64,000 nucleotides of DNA, from NCBI GenBank assembly GCA_965644265.1, contig OZ286476.1, positions 55,924,001 to 55,988,000 of the forward strand. The letters run 5' to 3'. The notes beneath the pieces were generated by a model. That model ran no database searches, was not told the DNA's origin, and worked only from the letters and a program-made list of their open reading frames with translations. Made by a program: the position numbers and the translations under genes. Numbering within the stretch: position 1 is the stretch's first letter; every line of letters begins with the position of its first letter. The stretch comes from Glycera tridactyla (lineage: Eukaryota). Positions 63,326 through 64,000 of the stretch are shown piece after piece.

Positions 63326-64000
63326 GTGAGTACTGATTCAACCAATTACATGATGCCTTTCATTTTCTTGCCAGGGCTAGATGTATACTTTATTCATTTA
63401 TTTATAAACAATTCTTTCAACACAATGTAGGAATCAGAATTGGATTCTGATTTCCAGTCAGTTCGTGCCTGGTGAAAATCAGAATAATTTTCACTCCTTT
63501 GTCAAGGGTTAGCTGGTTAGTGAAATAAAGGCCTGGCTGGGACAATACCATGCTGTGGCCAGAATAAGATATACTGGTAAATTTCATTTTCTTGCAAAGG
63601 CTAGATAGGTACTGTAATCGCTCTGGAGATGAGTACTTGATTGTATTCAACTGAGTGGGTGAATCCTGAGAATTTCCCTTCAGGCTCAGTGGTATTTCAC
63701 ATTATACTACCACCCACACTTCGGCAAGACTGTTATGGCCGAGATGCTTGTATTTCAGAATAAAACTTCAGCTTCAGTTTTGCATTCAGCGAGAGAAAAC
63801 CTGCTTTTTGAAAGTGATACAAACAAATCCAATATTTAGGTACTCCCGCAGAATAAAAGATGAACTTGCACTCTTATCTGTTTCTCTTCAACCCCGTCTG
63901 ATTATGTACTTTACTATTGGCCCTGATGACAACATAGTGGTCTGTCCCAGCAAAAACCTTATTGGATAATTTAGAAAAGCTGAAACTTGTACAATTATGC

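Noticed and set aside
1-64000. tRNA, rRNA, snRNA or snoRNA genes
   Set aside because: No cloverleaf or recognisable conserved RNA seen; C/D-box-like words are too common to call without Infernal.

Overview
Animal (invertebrate-like, AT-rich, CpG-depleted introns) draft genomic DNA with five N-gaps; no prokaryotic features, CRISPR array, rRNA or tRNA could be supported. One large multi-exon gene runs on the + strand through the whole window and is open at both ends. I chained 24 exons (868 to 63325) by hand with compatible splice phases, giving about 1,420 codons. The protein is mostly low-complexity (acidic, Lys-rich, Ser/Arg-rich) with one folded HEAT-repeat-like block (exons 16125-21549). 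A WDR87/WDR97-like identity is only a guess. Introns are full of non-autonomous transposons: TA-flanked MITEs, hAT-like MITEs, SINE-like tails, a Helentron-type element, hairpin elements and a 5'-truncated LINE nested in a DNA element. The most striking object is at 1764-3957: a composite element TTCA-[490-bp TIR-bounded repeat]-TGAA-INT-TGAA-INT-TTAA-[same 490-bp repeat]-TTCA. It matches the KolobokP long-terminal-direct-repeat architecture, and its INT-INT junction looks like the footprint of a precisely excised middle repeat. Other leads are an inverted pair of modular hairpin elements bracketing exons (circRNA geometry), a promoter-like intronic motif cluster, a triplicated splice donor and a templated-insertion duplication. 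All coordinates were counted by hand and no database search was run.
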